Below the pieces are notes generated by a model. That model saw only the letters and a program-made list of their open reading frames with translations, ran no database searches and was not told the origin of the DNA. Shown here piece by piece: positions 1 to 9,442 of a stretch of 64,000 bases of DNA. The DNA lies in contig JAUXYJ010000103.1 of assembly GCA_030694465.1 (NCBI GenBank), forward strand, positions 219,057 to 283,056, read 5' to 3'. The position numbers were made by a program, and so were the translations under genes. Position 1 is the first letter of the stretch, and the number at the start of each line of letters is the position of its first letter. The DNA is from Deltaproteobacteria bacterium (GTDB lineage: Bacteria > Myxococcota_A > Polyangia > Polyangiales > Ga0077539).

Positions 1-80
1 TCGCCCTCGCGCTGGGCAGCACCGCGTCTGCCCTGCTCGCGGCGGACGCGCTCAGCGATACCGGCGCCGAGCAGCCCCGC

Positions 81-599
81 GTGCTGTCCCTCTTAGGGCT
101 CCGTGGCGCAGGAAAATCCACGGTAGGATTGGCCGTAGCCGCAGCCCTCGGGGTCCCCTTCGTCGAGCTCGACGCGTGCGTCGAAGTGCGTGTGGGCATG
201 AGCCTCGCGGGGCTCTTTGAGCTCCACGGCGCGGCCTACTACCGACGCGTCGAGCGCCAAGCCCTGGTCGAGCTCTTGAGCCAACGCAAGCCCCTGGTGA
301 TCGCCACCGGCGGCGGCATCGTGACCGACGACGACACCTTCGCGATCTTGCGCAGCGAGACCCGCACCGTGTGGCTCCGCGCGCGACCCGAAGACCACCT
401 CGCGCGTGTGCGAGCCCAAGGAGACACGCGCCCCATGGCCAACCACCGCGACGCCCTGAGCGATCTTCGCAAGATCTTGGCCGAGCGCGAGCCCCGCTAC
501 GCTCGCGCAGACAGCACCGTGGACACCAGCGCGCTGGGGCTCTCTCGCAGCGTCAAAGCCGTGCTGCGCATCGCGCGGACCCTACGGTCCTCGGCCTGA
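81..599 (+). CDS. aroK: shikimate kinase
   Basis: P-loop GLRGAGKST near the N-terminus. Family-typical LVIATGGG and arginine-rich lid, ~170 aa. The reading frame is open back to the window start, so the true start or a fusion with an upstream gene is unresolved. Confidence 0.8.
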   Translation: MLSLLGLRGAGKSTVGLAVAAALGVPFVELDACVEVRVGMSLAGLFELHGAAYYRRVERQALVELLSQRKPLVIATGGGIVTDDDTFAILRSETRTVWLRARPEDHLARVRAQGDTRPMANHRDALSDLRKILAEREPRYARADSTVDTSALGLSRSVKAVLRIARTLRSSA

Positions 600-637
600 A
601 CCCCCACACACTTCACGCGGGTGATAGAGTCTCTCGC

Positions 638-2086
638 ATGACTTACCGCTCGCTCACGCACGCTCTGCTCCTGGGGCTGTGCCTCGTGCCCATGGTGCAC
701 TGCACCTCCGTGCCGCTCCGCGAAGACGCGGGGGACGCGAGCACAGACCAAGCGATCACCGCGATGGACACCGCTGCAATCGACGCTGCGCAGCCTAGCC
801 TAGACGCCGAAGACCGCGTGTCCCCCGTGGACGTCTCGAGCGACCCGGCGACGTCGCCGGATGTGTCTACCGCAGACACCGGAGGCACATGCCCCGCGGG
901 ATTGCTGAGCTGCGCCGGACGCTGCGTCGATCCCAACAACAGCGCAGAACACTGCGGAATGTGTGGCCAACGATGCCCCACGGGCACCAACGGCACTCCG
1001 CGCTGCGCTGCGGGCGCGTGCTCTCTCGCGTGCGCGAGTGGCTTCGCAGACTGTGATCTCTTTGCGGGCAACGGCTGCGAGGTCAGCACCGCCAGCAACG
1101 CGAACCACTGCGGCGCCTGTGGCCGCAACTGCACGCTCCCCAACGCCACCGCGGCCTGCGCCTCGGCACAGTGTCGTGTCGGCACGTGCAACGCGGGCTT
1201 CGCCGACTGCGACACGAGCGCAACCAACGGATGCGAGACTCGGCTCGATTCGGCCAGCAACTGTGGCGGCTGTGGCGTGCAGTGCTCGGGCGCCACCCCC
1301 GTATGCGACTCGGCCGCGCGGCGCTGCGTGAGCGGCTGCACAGCGCCCGCACTTCGCTGCGGCGGATCTTGCGTGGACACCACCACCAGCACCGCGCACT
1401 GCGGCGGCTGCAACATGGCATGCCCGTCGCCGGCCAACAGCATCGCGAGCTGCAACGCGGGCCGATGCGCGCTCACCTGCATGCCGGGCTTCGCCAACTG
1501 CGATGGCGTCGACACCAACGGATGCGAGGTCGACCTCAACGCCAGCAGCACAGACTGCGGCATGTGTGGCAACGCCTGCCCCTCACGGATCAGCGCGACC
1601 AACACCTGCGTCCGCGGCGTCTGCACGCTCCAGTGTCGCCCTGGCTTTGCGAACTGCGACGGCAACGACACCAACGGATGCGAAGTCTCGACCGCCAACA
1701 ACCCATCCAACTGTGGCACGTGTGGCACCGTGTGCTCGGGCTCGATCTGCGCGGCGGGCGCTTGCCAGCCCTGTGGTCGCCCCACGATCGCCTGCAACAA
1801 CGTCTGCGTCAGCCTGCAGACCGACCAGAGCAACTGCGGAGCCTGCGGCTACCGTTGCCCTCGCTCCACAGGCATCAGCCGCTGCGAGAGCGGAAACTGT
1901 TACGAGGGCACCGTCTGCCGGCCGCAGCTGGCCGACTGCGACCGCAGCGCGCTCAATGGCTACGAGGTCAACACCGACACGAGCCGACTGCACTGCGGCG
2001 CATGCAACAACGCCTGCCGTCTTGGCGACAATTGCTGCAACGGGCGCTGCCAGTCGACAGCATGTACCCCTTGCTCACTGATGTAG
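638..2086 (+). CDS. secreted/lipoprotein, cysteine-rich tandem-repeat protein
   Basis: ATG at 638 gives signal peptide MTYRSLTHALLLGLCLVPMVHC. About 9 tandem ~45-aa units each with 6-8 Cys, pattern HCGxCGxxCP...C..G.C...C..GFADCD....NGCEV. The track ORF from 371 is an N-terminal extension with no start support. Confidence 0.7.
   Translation: MTYRSLTHALLLGLCLVPMVHCTSVPLREDAGDASTDQAITAMDTAAIDAAQPSLDAEDRVSPVDVSSDPATSPDVSTADTGGTCPAGLLSCAGRCVDPNNSAEHCGMCGQRCPTGTNGTPRCAAGACSLACASGFADCDLFAGNGCEVSTASNANHCGACGRNCTLPNATAACASAQCRVGTCNAGFADCDTSATNGCETRLDSASNCGGCGVQCSGATPVCDSAARRCVSGCTAPALRCGGSCVDTTTSTAHCGGCNMACPSPANSIASCNAGRCALTCMPGFANCDGVDTNGCEVDLNASSTDCGMCGNACPSRISATNTCVRGVCTLQCRPGFANCDGNDTNGCEVSTANNPSNCGTCGTVCSGSICAAGACQPCGRPTIACNNVCVSLQTDQSNCGACGYRCPRSTGISRCESGNCYEGTVCRPQLADCDRSALNGYEVNTDTSRLHCGACNNACRLGDNCCNGRCQSTACTPCSLM
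843..862. repeat. copy 1 of palindromic 20-mer ACCCGGCGACGTCGCCGGAT (inside the CDS)
   Basis: Exact 20-nt match to the two intergenic copies at 2096 and 2153. The core CCGGCGACGTCGCCGG is a perfect 16-bp palindrome. Confidence 0.8.
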
Positions 2087-2093
2087 ACAGAGC

Positions 2094-2172
2094 ACACCCG
2101 GCGACGTCGCCGGATCGTGGGACTGGGGTCGCAAACGCAAACAGCATTCGCCACCCGGCGACGTCGCCGGAT
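2094..2172. terminator. two direct copies of a 21-nt GC-rich palindrome-containing element between convergent genes; candidate bidirectional terminator
   Basis: CACCCGGCGACGTCGCCGGAT at 2095-2115 and 2152-2172. Each contains a 16-bp perfect palindrome able to form an 8-bp GC stem. It sits between the stop at 2086 (+) and the stop at 2217 (-). Confidence 0.4.
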
Positions 2173-2216
2173 GATCGCGCTCCCCCAGTGTGCCCCCCAC
2201 CGTGGCCTACGCTAGC

Positions 2217-4430
2217 TCAGGGAGCGGTCGCGTTGAGGCTGAGCGCGTACGCCGAGACCGGCGCGCGCGTGTCGGCGTTGTTGCGCAGACACACGTAGTA
2301 GGTCCCAGCGGCGAGGCCCGAAGCCCACGAGAAGTTGCTCGTGGTGTCGGCGCCGTCGATGCGGGGGCAGCCGTACGAGCCCGAGTCTGTGTCCGTCCCC
2401 ATCAAGCGCACATCGGTGCCCTCGAGGCGGTAGAGATCCAGAGCCAGGTCCGCGGGGCAGAGCCCCGAAGGAGCGGTCGCGCGTGCGAACACACGGCCCA
2501 TCGCGGGGACCGTGAGCGCGTAGCAGTCGACGTCGGCGAGCGAGAGCGATCCAGCGATCGCAGCAGGTGCGGTCACAGGCATCAGGGTCGAAGCGACGAG
2601 GTCATTGGGCTCGCGCTCCATCGTGGGCGCTGTGCACATGCCCATCGAGAGCGAGGTCGCGCGGCACACTTGGCCCATGGGGCAGCGGTTGGTCGCGAGC
2701 AACGCGTCGCATGCGCCTGTGGCTGCACGCTGACAGATTCCGTCTGCGGTCGCGCCGCTTGAGCAGGTGAGCCCGGTGTCACAAGACATCGCGCCACCGC
2801 GGCAGCGCGCGCCTTCTGCGCCCTGTGCACGGCAGGTCCCCGCGAAGGGCATGCCCACGGCCGAGGTACGAACACAGGTCTGTGTGTCCGCGCACTGCGT
2901 GACGAAGTCACACATTCCGCCAGCCGCTGCCATCGCGATGCAACGCCCGTCTGCGGGCATGGTCGTGTCGCTGCAGGTCAAGCCCGTGTCGCAGTTGGGA
3001 GCCGCCGCGCGGCAGGGGCCGCCACGACCGCCCGCTGCGAAGCACATGCCCTGCGTGCGGTTGTTTGGCTCGTTGAGGTAGCAGGTCCCGTTCATCGAGC
3101 ACTCGTCGAAGACCCCGCAGGTCTGGCCGGTCATGCGCGTACCCACGCACACCATGCTGGTGCCGCGAGTTCCGCAGGTGAGCCCTGCGCCCGAGCACAT
3201 GCCCGCTGCGCAGTCAGCTCCGGCGGCCGAGCCCAACGCGCGGCAGGTGCCCGCGGTGCCCAGCACCGAGGCGCTCACGCAGTCTTCGCCCATGGGGCAA
3301 GAGCTGTCGTAGGTGCTGCACATTCCGCCCATGGGGGCGGCACGAAGACAGATCCCGTCCGCGGCGCCCATCGGGGTCACACAGGTCAAACCAGCTGCGC
3401 ATGTGACGCCCGTGCCGCAGCGCGAGCCCACGACCGAGCCGCCCGCGCGGCACACGCCGAGCGTCGAGCCACGCTGCAGTGACACACACGACGACGTGGT
3501 CCCGCAGATGCGAAACGGGTCGCAGGGCATGCCATTGGGCACGTTGACGGTCTGGCAACGGCTGGTCTCTGGGTCGCACATCAACGGAGCCGTGCAAGCC
3601 CCCGCGTTGCAGCCCGCGCCTGCTGCGGTGCCATCGGCAACACAGCGCCCCGTGGGCGAAGTGAGCGTGTCGCCGACACACGTAAACGCGTCGTCGCATG
3701 CGTTGGTCAGGCGGCGTGGGTCACACATGCCGTTGGCCGCAACGAGCGAAAGCTCTTGCACGCTGAGCTCAAACGTCCCGCGCTCACCCTCGGTGTTGCG
3801 TGCGCCCATAACCGGCACAAATCCGCCCACCGAGATGTACACAGTGCTCCCCGCCATCACCTTGCGCAGGGTCACAACAGACGAAGTAATCCGTCGGTCG
3901 TCTCCGTCAAACGACTGGTCGTCGTCGTTGCATGCAAGCAACGCGCGGGCTTGGTTGGTCGCCGTCGCGGGGCAGGGCATCGAGTACACCAGCAGCGTGG
4001 TGTCAAAACCCGGCGTCGTCGCCGCGTTGGTGGTCGAGATGCGCAAGACCGTGTTGGTCGTCGCGCGGTACGCAAACACGCGCTGATACGCCGTGCGAAA
4101 CGCGCAGCCATTGAGGCCCTGGATCGCGGCGCTCGTCTGCGCTCCGACCCCAGGCATCTCGTTGGCCATGTTGTTGTTGCCGGTGTAGCGGAGCGTGTCG
4201 CCTGCGACCATTCCGAGCATGTTGAGGTCTTCGATCGCGACGCGGTTGCACTGCGCGCCGCCAGCTTCGGACCCCATCGTGTCGGTGCCCGTCACGTCGG
4301 GTGTCATCGAGCCATCGTTGCCAGACGCATCGGTGGTGGGCATGGGCGGCGAGCAGGCCGCGGCGGCGAGCAAGAGCCCACCGATCGTACAGAAGCGCGC
4401 AGCGCGCAGAGAGAGAGCGTGGTCGGTCAT
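2217..4430 (-). CDS. lipoprotein with Cys-rich disulfide repeats and a C-terminal PPC (pre-peptidase C-terminal) like domain
   Basis: Internal ATG at 4430 gives lipoprotein signal MTDHALSLRAARFCTIGGLLLAAAAC. The central region has repeats like GxCxxxxxxGxxCxxGxCxxxLxC. The C-terminus DCYALTV...GTYYVCL...YALSL resembles PPC-type beta-sandwich domains. Confidence 0.7.
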   Translation of the reverse strand: MTDHALSLRAARFCTIGGLLLAAAACSPPMPTTDASGNDGSMTPDVTGTDTMGSEAGGAQCNRVAIEDLNMLGMVAGDTLRYTGNNNMANEMPGVGAQTSAAIQGLNGCAFRTAYQRVFAYRATTNTVLRISTTNAATTPGFDTTLLVYSMPCPATATNQARALLACNDDDQSFDGDDRRITSSVVTLRKVMAGSTVYISVGGFVPVMGARNTEGERGTFELSVQELSLVAANGMCDPRRLTNACDDAFTCVGDTLTSPTGRCVADGTAAGAGCNAGACTAPLMCDPETSRCQTVNVPNGMPCDPFRICGTTSSCVSLQRGSTLGVCRAGGSVVGSRCGTGVTCAAGLTCVTPMGAADGICLRAAPMGGMCSTYDSSCPMGEDCVSASVLGTAGTCRALGSAAGADCAAGMCSGAGLTCGTRGTSMVCVGTRMTGQTCGVFDECSMNGTCYLNEPNNRTQGMCFAAGGRGGPCRAAAPNCDTGLTCSDTTMPADGRCIAMAAAGGMCDFVTQCADTQTCVRTSAVGMPFAGTCRAQGAEGARCRGGAMSCDTGLTCSSGATADGICQRAATGACDALLATNRCPMGQVCRATSLSMGMCTAPTMEREPNDLVASTLMPVTAPAAIAGSLSLADVDCYALTVPAMGRVFARATAPSGLCPADLALDLYRLEGTDVRLMGTDTDSGSYGCPRIDGADTTSNFSWASGLAAGTYYVCLRNNADTRAPVSAYALSLNATAP

Positions 4431-4642
4431 GCGAACCAAGAGTCCTTTCGAAAACACTGACAATTTGCTAATCAAATGCCTGCTGTCTCCGCGCAAGACA
4501 CCCACGGGGTGTCCTCGATAGAGATCGTGGCGCGCATGACGCAGGGCCTGTAAAGCGGCGCGAGGATACCCCAACGCACGGTGCGCGCACTGCATTTGCT
4601 CGCCCAAAAACTGCGGCCGACAAAACAATTGTGTCGCGCCGC

Positions 4643-5419
4643 TCAGCGCTCTCGCTGCGTACTCGTGGGGCTCTGCACAGCGAGCTCATCAGCCGCCCCG
4701 AGCACACTCATCGCTTCGCCCGCAACACGTACGGCGCTCTCTGAAACCCCACGCTGCGCGATGGCCCTCGCCTGCGCTTCGTACTCGGGGCCGAGCTGCA
4801 CCGCGAGCCTCCGCACCATGGACGCGTGCACCAACGTCACGAGCGCGTACGCAAAGACCACCACCGCCAAGCCGACGTTGGGCGAAGCCACTCGATTGGA
4901 CACCCAAAACAGCGTGACCAGCGTGAGCGCGCCGCCCACAGACCAAGGCACCAAGCGCAGGGCGGCCTGCGCGTGCTCTTGGCTGCTGCGAAGCAACGCG
5001 GTCATGCGCTCGCTCACCCGCGAGAGCAGGAGCACAATCACCCAAATCAGCGCTAAAAAAGAGAACAACACCGCGTCTCGCATGCGCCCATTCATGAGCA
5101 CGACGATGTGACTCAGAGCGAAGAGCCCTGCGATCGAGCCCGCGAGCCAGAGCACAAACGACACCGCCCGCGGGAGCCACAAGAGCCGTGGCTCTCCCGC
5201 TGCGCGCGAAAACTCTCGCACTTGGTGCACAGACTGCTCTCGAAAGGGCCCGCTCCCTACGCTCGAATCCGACGCAATGTGCACCACACGCGCAGGCCAG
5301 TCGGGTCGATTAGGCGAGGCAAAACGCAGCCTAAACTGACGCAAGCCCGTAAACACCAGCCCACCCACCGAGGTCCCGAGGAGCAAGACCAAGTAGGGCG
5401 TGTACCCGGACAGGTTCAT
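4643..5419 (-). CDS. hypothetical polytopic membrane protein
   Basis: 4-5 hydrophobic helices. The start overlaps the stop of the upstream desaturase by 4 nt (ATGA), suggesting one operon. Confidence 0.5.
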   Translation of the reverse strand: MNLSGYTPYLVLLLGTSVGGLVFTGLRQFRLRFASPNRPDWPARVVHIASDSSVGSGPFREQSVHQVREFSRAAGEPRLLWLPRAVSFVLWLAGSIAGLFALSHIVVLMNGRMRDAVLFSFLALIWVIVLLLSRVSERMTALLRSSQEHAQAALRLVPWSVGGALTLVTLFWVSNRVASPNVGLAVVVFAYALVTLVHASMVRRLAVQLGPEYEAQARAIAQRGVSESAVRVAGEAMSVLGAADELAVQSPTSTQRER

Positions 5420-6405
5420 GCGGTCTGAGGGCGAAGCTCTGGGACGCTCTCGCGCAGACGCTCACGGTCGCGCTCGGCGATCTCAGACTCGGACTCGGGG
5501 TCCAGCGTCGCGGCGCGCTTGAGCAGCCCCCAGGCGAGCGGGACAAAGTCCGTGTGGATGTTGGCCTTCACCTCGGCCGAATAATACGGCAGCGCCTCGA
5601 AGTGAAACTGCTTGAGATTGTACCAGGGAATTCCCGGGTATTTGTGGTGCTCGTTGTGAAACGTCGTGCCGCTCCAGAGCCAATCCAAGAGCGCAGAGCT
5701 CGTGCCGTACGTGCGCGACGAGTACGCGTGGTCTGCGTGGTACGCGATGCCAAAGTGCTCGCACATCGACGTGATGCTCGCGAAGAAAGCGCCCACGACG
5801 AGCTGCGTGATCATCACGGTCCAGAAGGCGACAGGGACCATCACTTGACTCAGACCCACGATGCACCCGGCGACGGCCAAGAGCTCGAGGTTCATCCGAA
5901 CCTTCTGCGCGAGGGTCATCTTGCGGACGTAGCGCTGCACTGAGAAGAGCCAGTAGATGGGATACATTCCCAAGTAAATCACCACACGGATCGCACGAGA
6001 GAGCTTCGCGCTCTTGGTGAACCTAGACACCGTCAAGCGGTCCACGTCGTGTGGCATGTTCACGATGCGATGGTGGTCCAAGTGATAGGTGCGATAGAGC
6101 GTGTAGGACATCAACGTCGCGCTCCACGCCCAAAACCCGATGAGGTAGGTCAGCGTCGGAGAGCGTGACACGGTGCCATGCGCTGCATCGTGCCCGATCG
6201 AGCCCAGGCCGCGAACGAGCGAGCCGATCAGCACGCCAGCGACCAAGCTCGCGACAAACGCGAGCCCCGTCGAGGTGTGCTTGCTCACTTCGTTGGCTGC
6301 AAAACCCATCGCAAACACGAGACCCCAGAAGAATGGAAGCTTCAGCAGGTAGAGCGGCCTACGCTGATACGCTCGCTGAAGAACCTCGCTCGGAACCGCC
6401 TGCAT
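5416..6405 (-). CDS. membrane fatty acid desaturase family protein
   Basis: Three His boxes: HDAAH, HLDHHR, HNEHH. Four TM segments. Start chosen at MQAVPSEV. Confidence 0.8.
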   Translation of the reverse strand: MQAVPSEVLQRAYQRRPLYLLKLPFFWGLVFAMGFAANEVSKHTSTGLAFVASLVAGVLIGSLVRGLGSIGHDAAHGTVSRSPTLTYLIGFWAWSATLMSYTLYRTYHLDHHRIVNMPHDVDRLTVSRFTKSAKLSRAIRVVIYLGMYPIYWLFSVQRYVRKMTLAQKVRMNLELLAVAGCIVGLSQVMVPVAFWTVMITQLVVGAFFASITSMCEHFGIAYHADHAYSSRTYGTSSALLDWLWSGTTFHNEHHKYPGIPWYNLKQFHFEALPYYSAEVKANIHTDFVPLAWGLLKRAATLDPESESEIAERDRERLRESVPELRPQTA

Positions 6406-6603
6406 TGTCGACCACTCCTTCAGTGTGCATTCACACGTCGTGCACACGTCGCGTGTGCCTCGGATTTGTTTACCGTGGCGTCCTTTGCCACGACAAGCCG
6501 CGGCACGCTAGCACCATCAAAACCGCAGCGCGAATGCAGCGCTTGTGCGTAGCGCTCTTCGCACTGAGACTCTGGTGCGGCGACCTCTTTGCGCACGGGG
6601 GGT

Positions 6604-8109
6604 CTAGCGCGCGATCACCACGCTAAGCATGTCCCCGGCCACGCAGAGCGTGCGCTCGTCGTGCACGGTATACGCGACATCGTCGATCGTAAGGACCACC
6701 GCGTCGCCGATGACCTCGAGGCCTATTTGGTAGGGCAAATCCGCGACGATCGCGCTGGATGGGTCGAGGCCTACCAGCGCCCGGCCACCCAGCAAGAGCA
6801 GCGTGCAGAGGCCGCGGCCCTCTGGGTCAGTGCGGGTCAGGGTCGCCCACTGCGGAAGGGCTCCGCGCTCGCTAGGGCCATGAACAAAGCGCAATTTGCA
6901 GTGCGGCCCGAGCGCAATGAGCGCAGAGGAGCGCAGGGCCACCGGCTCGCGCGTGACCTCGTGACCGTCGACCCGCGTAGCGTTTGCGCCCAGGTCACAG
7001 AGTCGCGCCTGGCCACCGCGCCAATCGAGGAGGGCGTGCTGTGGTGCCACGCTCCTTTCGCGCGCACGGTTGGCGTCGTTGGGCGGCAAAAATCGCGTAC
7101 AGATCCCCGCCGATCGGTCGCTCCCCAAGATCACCGTAGAGCTCACCAAGAGCGCCAAGGTCTGTGGCAGACGATCACACAGAAGCTCCCCTCGCAGGGT
7201 GCGTGGTGACCACGCGGGCGCGGCGTGCGCGAAGGCCTCTGGCGGGACCCGAACACCGGTCGCCTCTGCGAGGGCCTGCGCCATCGCGAGCGCAGACTCA
7301 AACCGCTCGTCCGCTCGTTTGGCGAGCGCACGACGGACGATGGGCTCGATGCGCTGCACCATCGGGTTGGCGTGGACCATCGTTGGCACCGGCGCGAAGA
7401 AGTGTCCCGCGTAGATGGCGGCCACGTTGTCGCCCCCAAACGGGAGCCTTCCCATGAGCAATTCGAAGAGCAAAATCCCTACAGAGTACACATCCGTACG
7501 CGCGTCCACGGGCTCTCCGCGCCACTGCTCGGGGGACATGTACTCGGGGGTCCCGAGCGCCGCATTGGCCGCCGTTCGAAGGTGAATCGAGCCCTCAAGC
7601 GCGCGATCGGCGACCTTGGCGAGACCAAAATCGGTGACCTTGGCCAGCTCTCCGTGCTCGCTCGGCGCGAGCAAAATATTCTCTGGCTTGATGTCTCGGT
7701 GAACAATACCGCGGGCGTGCGCCTCACAGAGCGCGGCCAAGACCTCGAGCGTCCAGCGCACCGCGGTCGGAGGGTCCACAGCGCCACGGTCGAGCGCGGT
7801 CGCCATGTCGCGCCCCTGGACGGCCTCAAGCACGAGATAGCGCGTCTGGTCTTCGAGCTTTCCGACGTCGTAGACGTGCACGACGAAGGGCGAGCGCAAC
7901 ACCGACGCCGCGCGGGCTTCGCGTGAAAATCGCGCCGACAACATGGGATCTCGCGCGTACTCAGGGGCCAGCAACGCGATGGCTACGTCTACGGCGCCGA
8001 GCGTGTCTCGCGCGAGATAGACCCGCTTGGATCCGCCTCGACCAAGCTCGCGTGCGATCACATAGCGCCCGCCCACACGGTCCCCAGCGATCAGCTCCGA
8101 CGTCGTCAT
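6604..8109 (-). CDS. Ser/Thr protein kinase with C-terminal FHA domain
   Basis: Hanks motifs GRGGSKRVY, HRDIKPENILL, DFGLAK, GTPEYMSPE. The C-terminal ~100 aa are FHA-like. Confidence 0.85.
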   Translation of the reverse strand: MTTSELIAGDRVGGRYVIARELGRGGSKRVYLARDTLGAVDVAIALLAPEYARDPMLSARFSREARAASVLRSPFVVHVYDVGKLEDQTRYLVLEAVQGRDMATALDRGAVDPPTAVRWTLEVLAALCEAHARGIVHRDIKPENILLAPSEHGELAKVTDFGLAKVADRALEGSIHLRTAANAALGTPEYMSPEQWRGEPVDARTDVYSVGILLFELLMGRLPFGGDNVAAIYAGHFFAPVPTMVHANPMVQRIEPIVRRALAKRADERFESALAMAQALAEATGVRVPPEAFAHAAPAWSPRTLRGELLCDRLPQTLALLVSSTVILGSDRSAGICTRFLPPNDANRARERSVAPQHALLDWRGGQARLCDLGANATRVDGHEVTREPVALRSSALIALGPHCKLRFVHGPSERGALPQWATLTRTDPEGRGLCTLLLLGGRALVGLDPSSAIVADLPYQIGLEVIGDAVVLTIDDVAYTVHDERTLCVAGDMLSVVIAR

Positions 8110-8175
8110 GTCAGCCCCCTTGTGTTGGGGCTCGACGATCGCATCGCACTGCGTAAACTCCGCACGCCCTTCATC

Positions 8176-8502
8176 ATGAACCCAAGCCGCGAACCTGACA
8201 CCTCCCTTGCATCACAACTTCGCGTCGCAGAACAACAGCGCGACGCCCTGCGCGACCGGCTCGCGTGGTGGGAAGAGAACAAACACATCTGGATGTTTCC
8301 GGGGATGCTCGTGGGGCTTTTGCTAGGGTATTTGCTAGGTCGAACAGTCACTGAGCTCTTGCACCAGCCCGAACAAGGCGCCTGGTTTGCCGCGGTCGCT
8401 GGCCTGCTCATGGTGGGCAAAGGGATCACGATGCGCTTTGACCCAAGCAAACTCGACGCCGCCCAACGCCGAGTCCGCGCGCTCAAAGCACGCACGCCTT
8501 AG
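8176..8502 (+). CDS. hypothetical small membrane protein
   Basis: One predicted TM segment (IWMFPGMLVGLLLGYLLG). The competing minus-strand ORF is Ser/Arg-rich junk. Weak call. Confidence 0.3.
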   Translation: MNPSREPDTSLASQLRVAEQQRDALRDRLAWWEENKHIWMFPGMLVGLLLGYLLGRTVTELLHQPEQGAWFAAVAGLLMVGKGITMRFDPSKLDAAQRRVRALKARTP

Positions 8503-9428
8503 GTCAGCTCCATCACGCGCTGCTCTAGCGAGCGCCCACGTGTGAGCTCACGCACGCGCGCACCGCGCTCAAGCAACACACGCAACACCGCAGAGCTCAC
8601 GTCGTCGGGATCACTCGTGGGATCCAAGACCACCACGAGCCGCCCGCTCGCCTCATCGAGGGTCACCGTCGCGACGCCTGGCTGCCCGCTCACGATCTGC
8701 ACATACGCGGGCGGGCTCGAAGAGCTCGAAGGCGCGAGCTGAACGGTAAACTCACGCGTGCTCGAGGTGAGCTCTGTCATGGTCCCGTTGGCGATGAGCT
8801 TGCCACGATCGAGCACCGCGGCTTGATCGCAGACCTCTTCGAGCTCCTGCAAATTGTGCGACGAAACGACCACAGTGCACACACCACGCAGGCCCTTGAT
8901 CACCTGCCTTACACCGTACGCTACGCGCGGATCGAGCCCCGCCGTGGGCTCGTCGAGCAGCACCACCTTGGGCCCGCCCAGGAGCGCCTGCGCGATGCCT
9001 ACGCGCTTGGCCATGCCGTGCGAGAGCTTGCCGCAGCGCTGCGCGAGCCAGTCGTCACCGCCCACTTGCGCGAGCACATCGCGCACCGCCTTAGGTGTAT
9101 CTGCCGCAGAAATTCCCTGCATTCGTGCAAGGTAGGACAAGAACTGCTCGACGGTCTCGCTCGCAGGCAAGAGCGCATCTTGGGGCAAGACGCCGAGCTT
9201 TCCCTTGAGCGCACCGACGTCGCGCGGCGAGACCCCCAGCACCCTCGCGGCGCCTTCGCTCGGCTCAAGGTAGCCCGCAAGCATCGAGAAGGTCGTGGTT
9301 TTTCCGGCACCGTTGGGCCCGATGAGCCCAAAGATCACTCCCTCTGCGACCGTCAGCGACACGGTGTCCACCGCGCGTTTGCTGCCAAAATCTTTCACGA
9401 CGCGATCAAGCTCAATTGCGTAAGTCAT
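8499..9428 (-). CDS. ABC transporter ATP-binding protein
   Basis: Walker A GPNGAGKTT, signature LSHGMAKRVGIA, Walker B LLDEPTAGLD. Start at MTYAIELDRV. Confidence 0.85.
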   Translation of the reverse strand: MTYAIELDRVVKDFGSKRAVDTVSLTVAEGVIFGLIGPNGAGKTTTFSMLAGYLEPSEGAARVLGVSPRDVGALKGKLGVLPQDALLPASETVEQFLSYLARMQGISAADTPKAVRDVLAQVGGDDWLAQRCGKLSHGMAKRVGIAQALLGGPKVVLLDEPTAGLDPRVAYGVRQVIKGLRGVCTVVVSSHNLQELEEVCDQAAVLDRGKLIANGTMTELTSSTREFTVQLAPSSSSSPPAYVQIVSGQPGVATVTLDEASGRLVVVLDPTSDPDDVSSAVLRVLLERGARVRELTRGRSLEQRVMELT

Positions 9429-9442
9429 CTGTGGGCTCTCTT

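Noticed and set aside
371-637. Upstream extensions of track ORFs (also 4431-4628, 14054-14395, 21703-21903, 24760-24936, 38111-38287, 40012-40488, 51324-51506, 53460-53690, 54400-54567)
   Set aside because: The extensions are Arg-rich, lack signal peptides, or overlap neighbouring genes. Internal starts expose signal peptides or lipoboxes, or align with homolog N-termini.
8106-8495. Minus-strand 129-aa ORF between the kinase and the ABC ATPase
   Set aside because: Ser/Arg-rich with no hydrophobic core. The + strand ORF with a TM helix was preferred, itself at low confidence.
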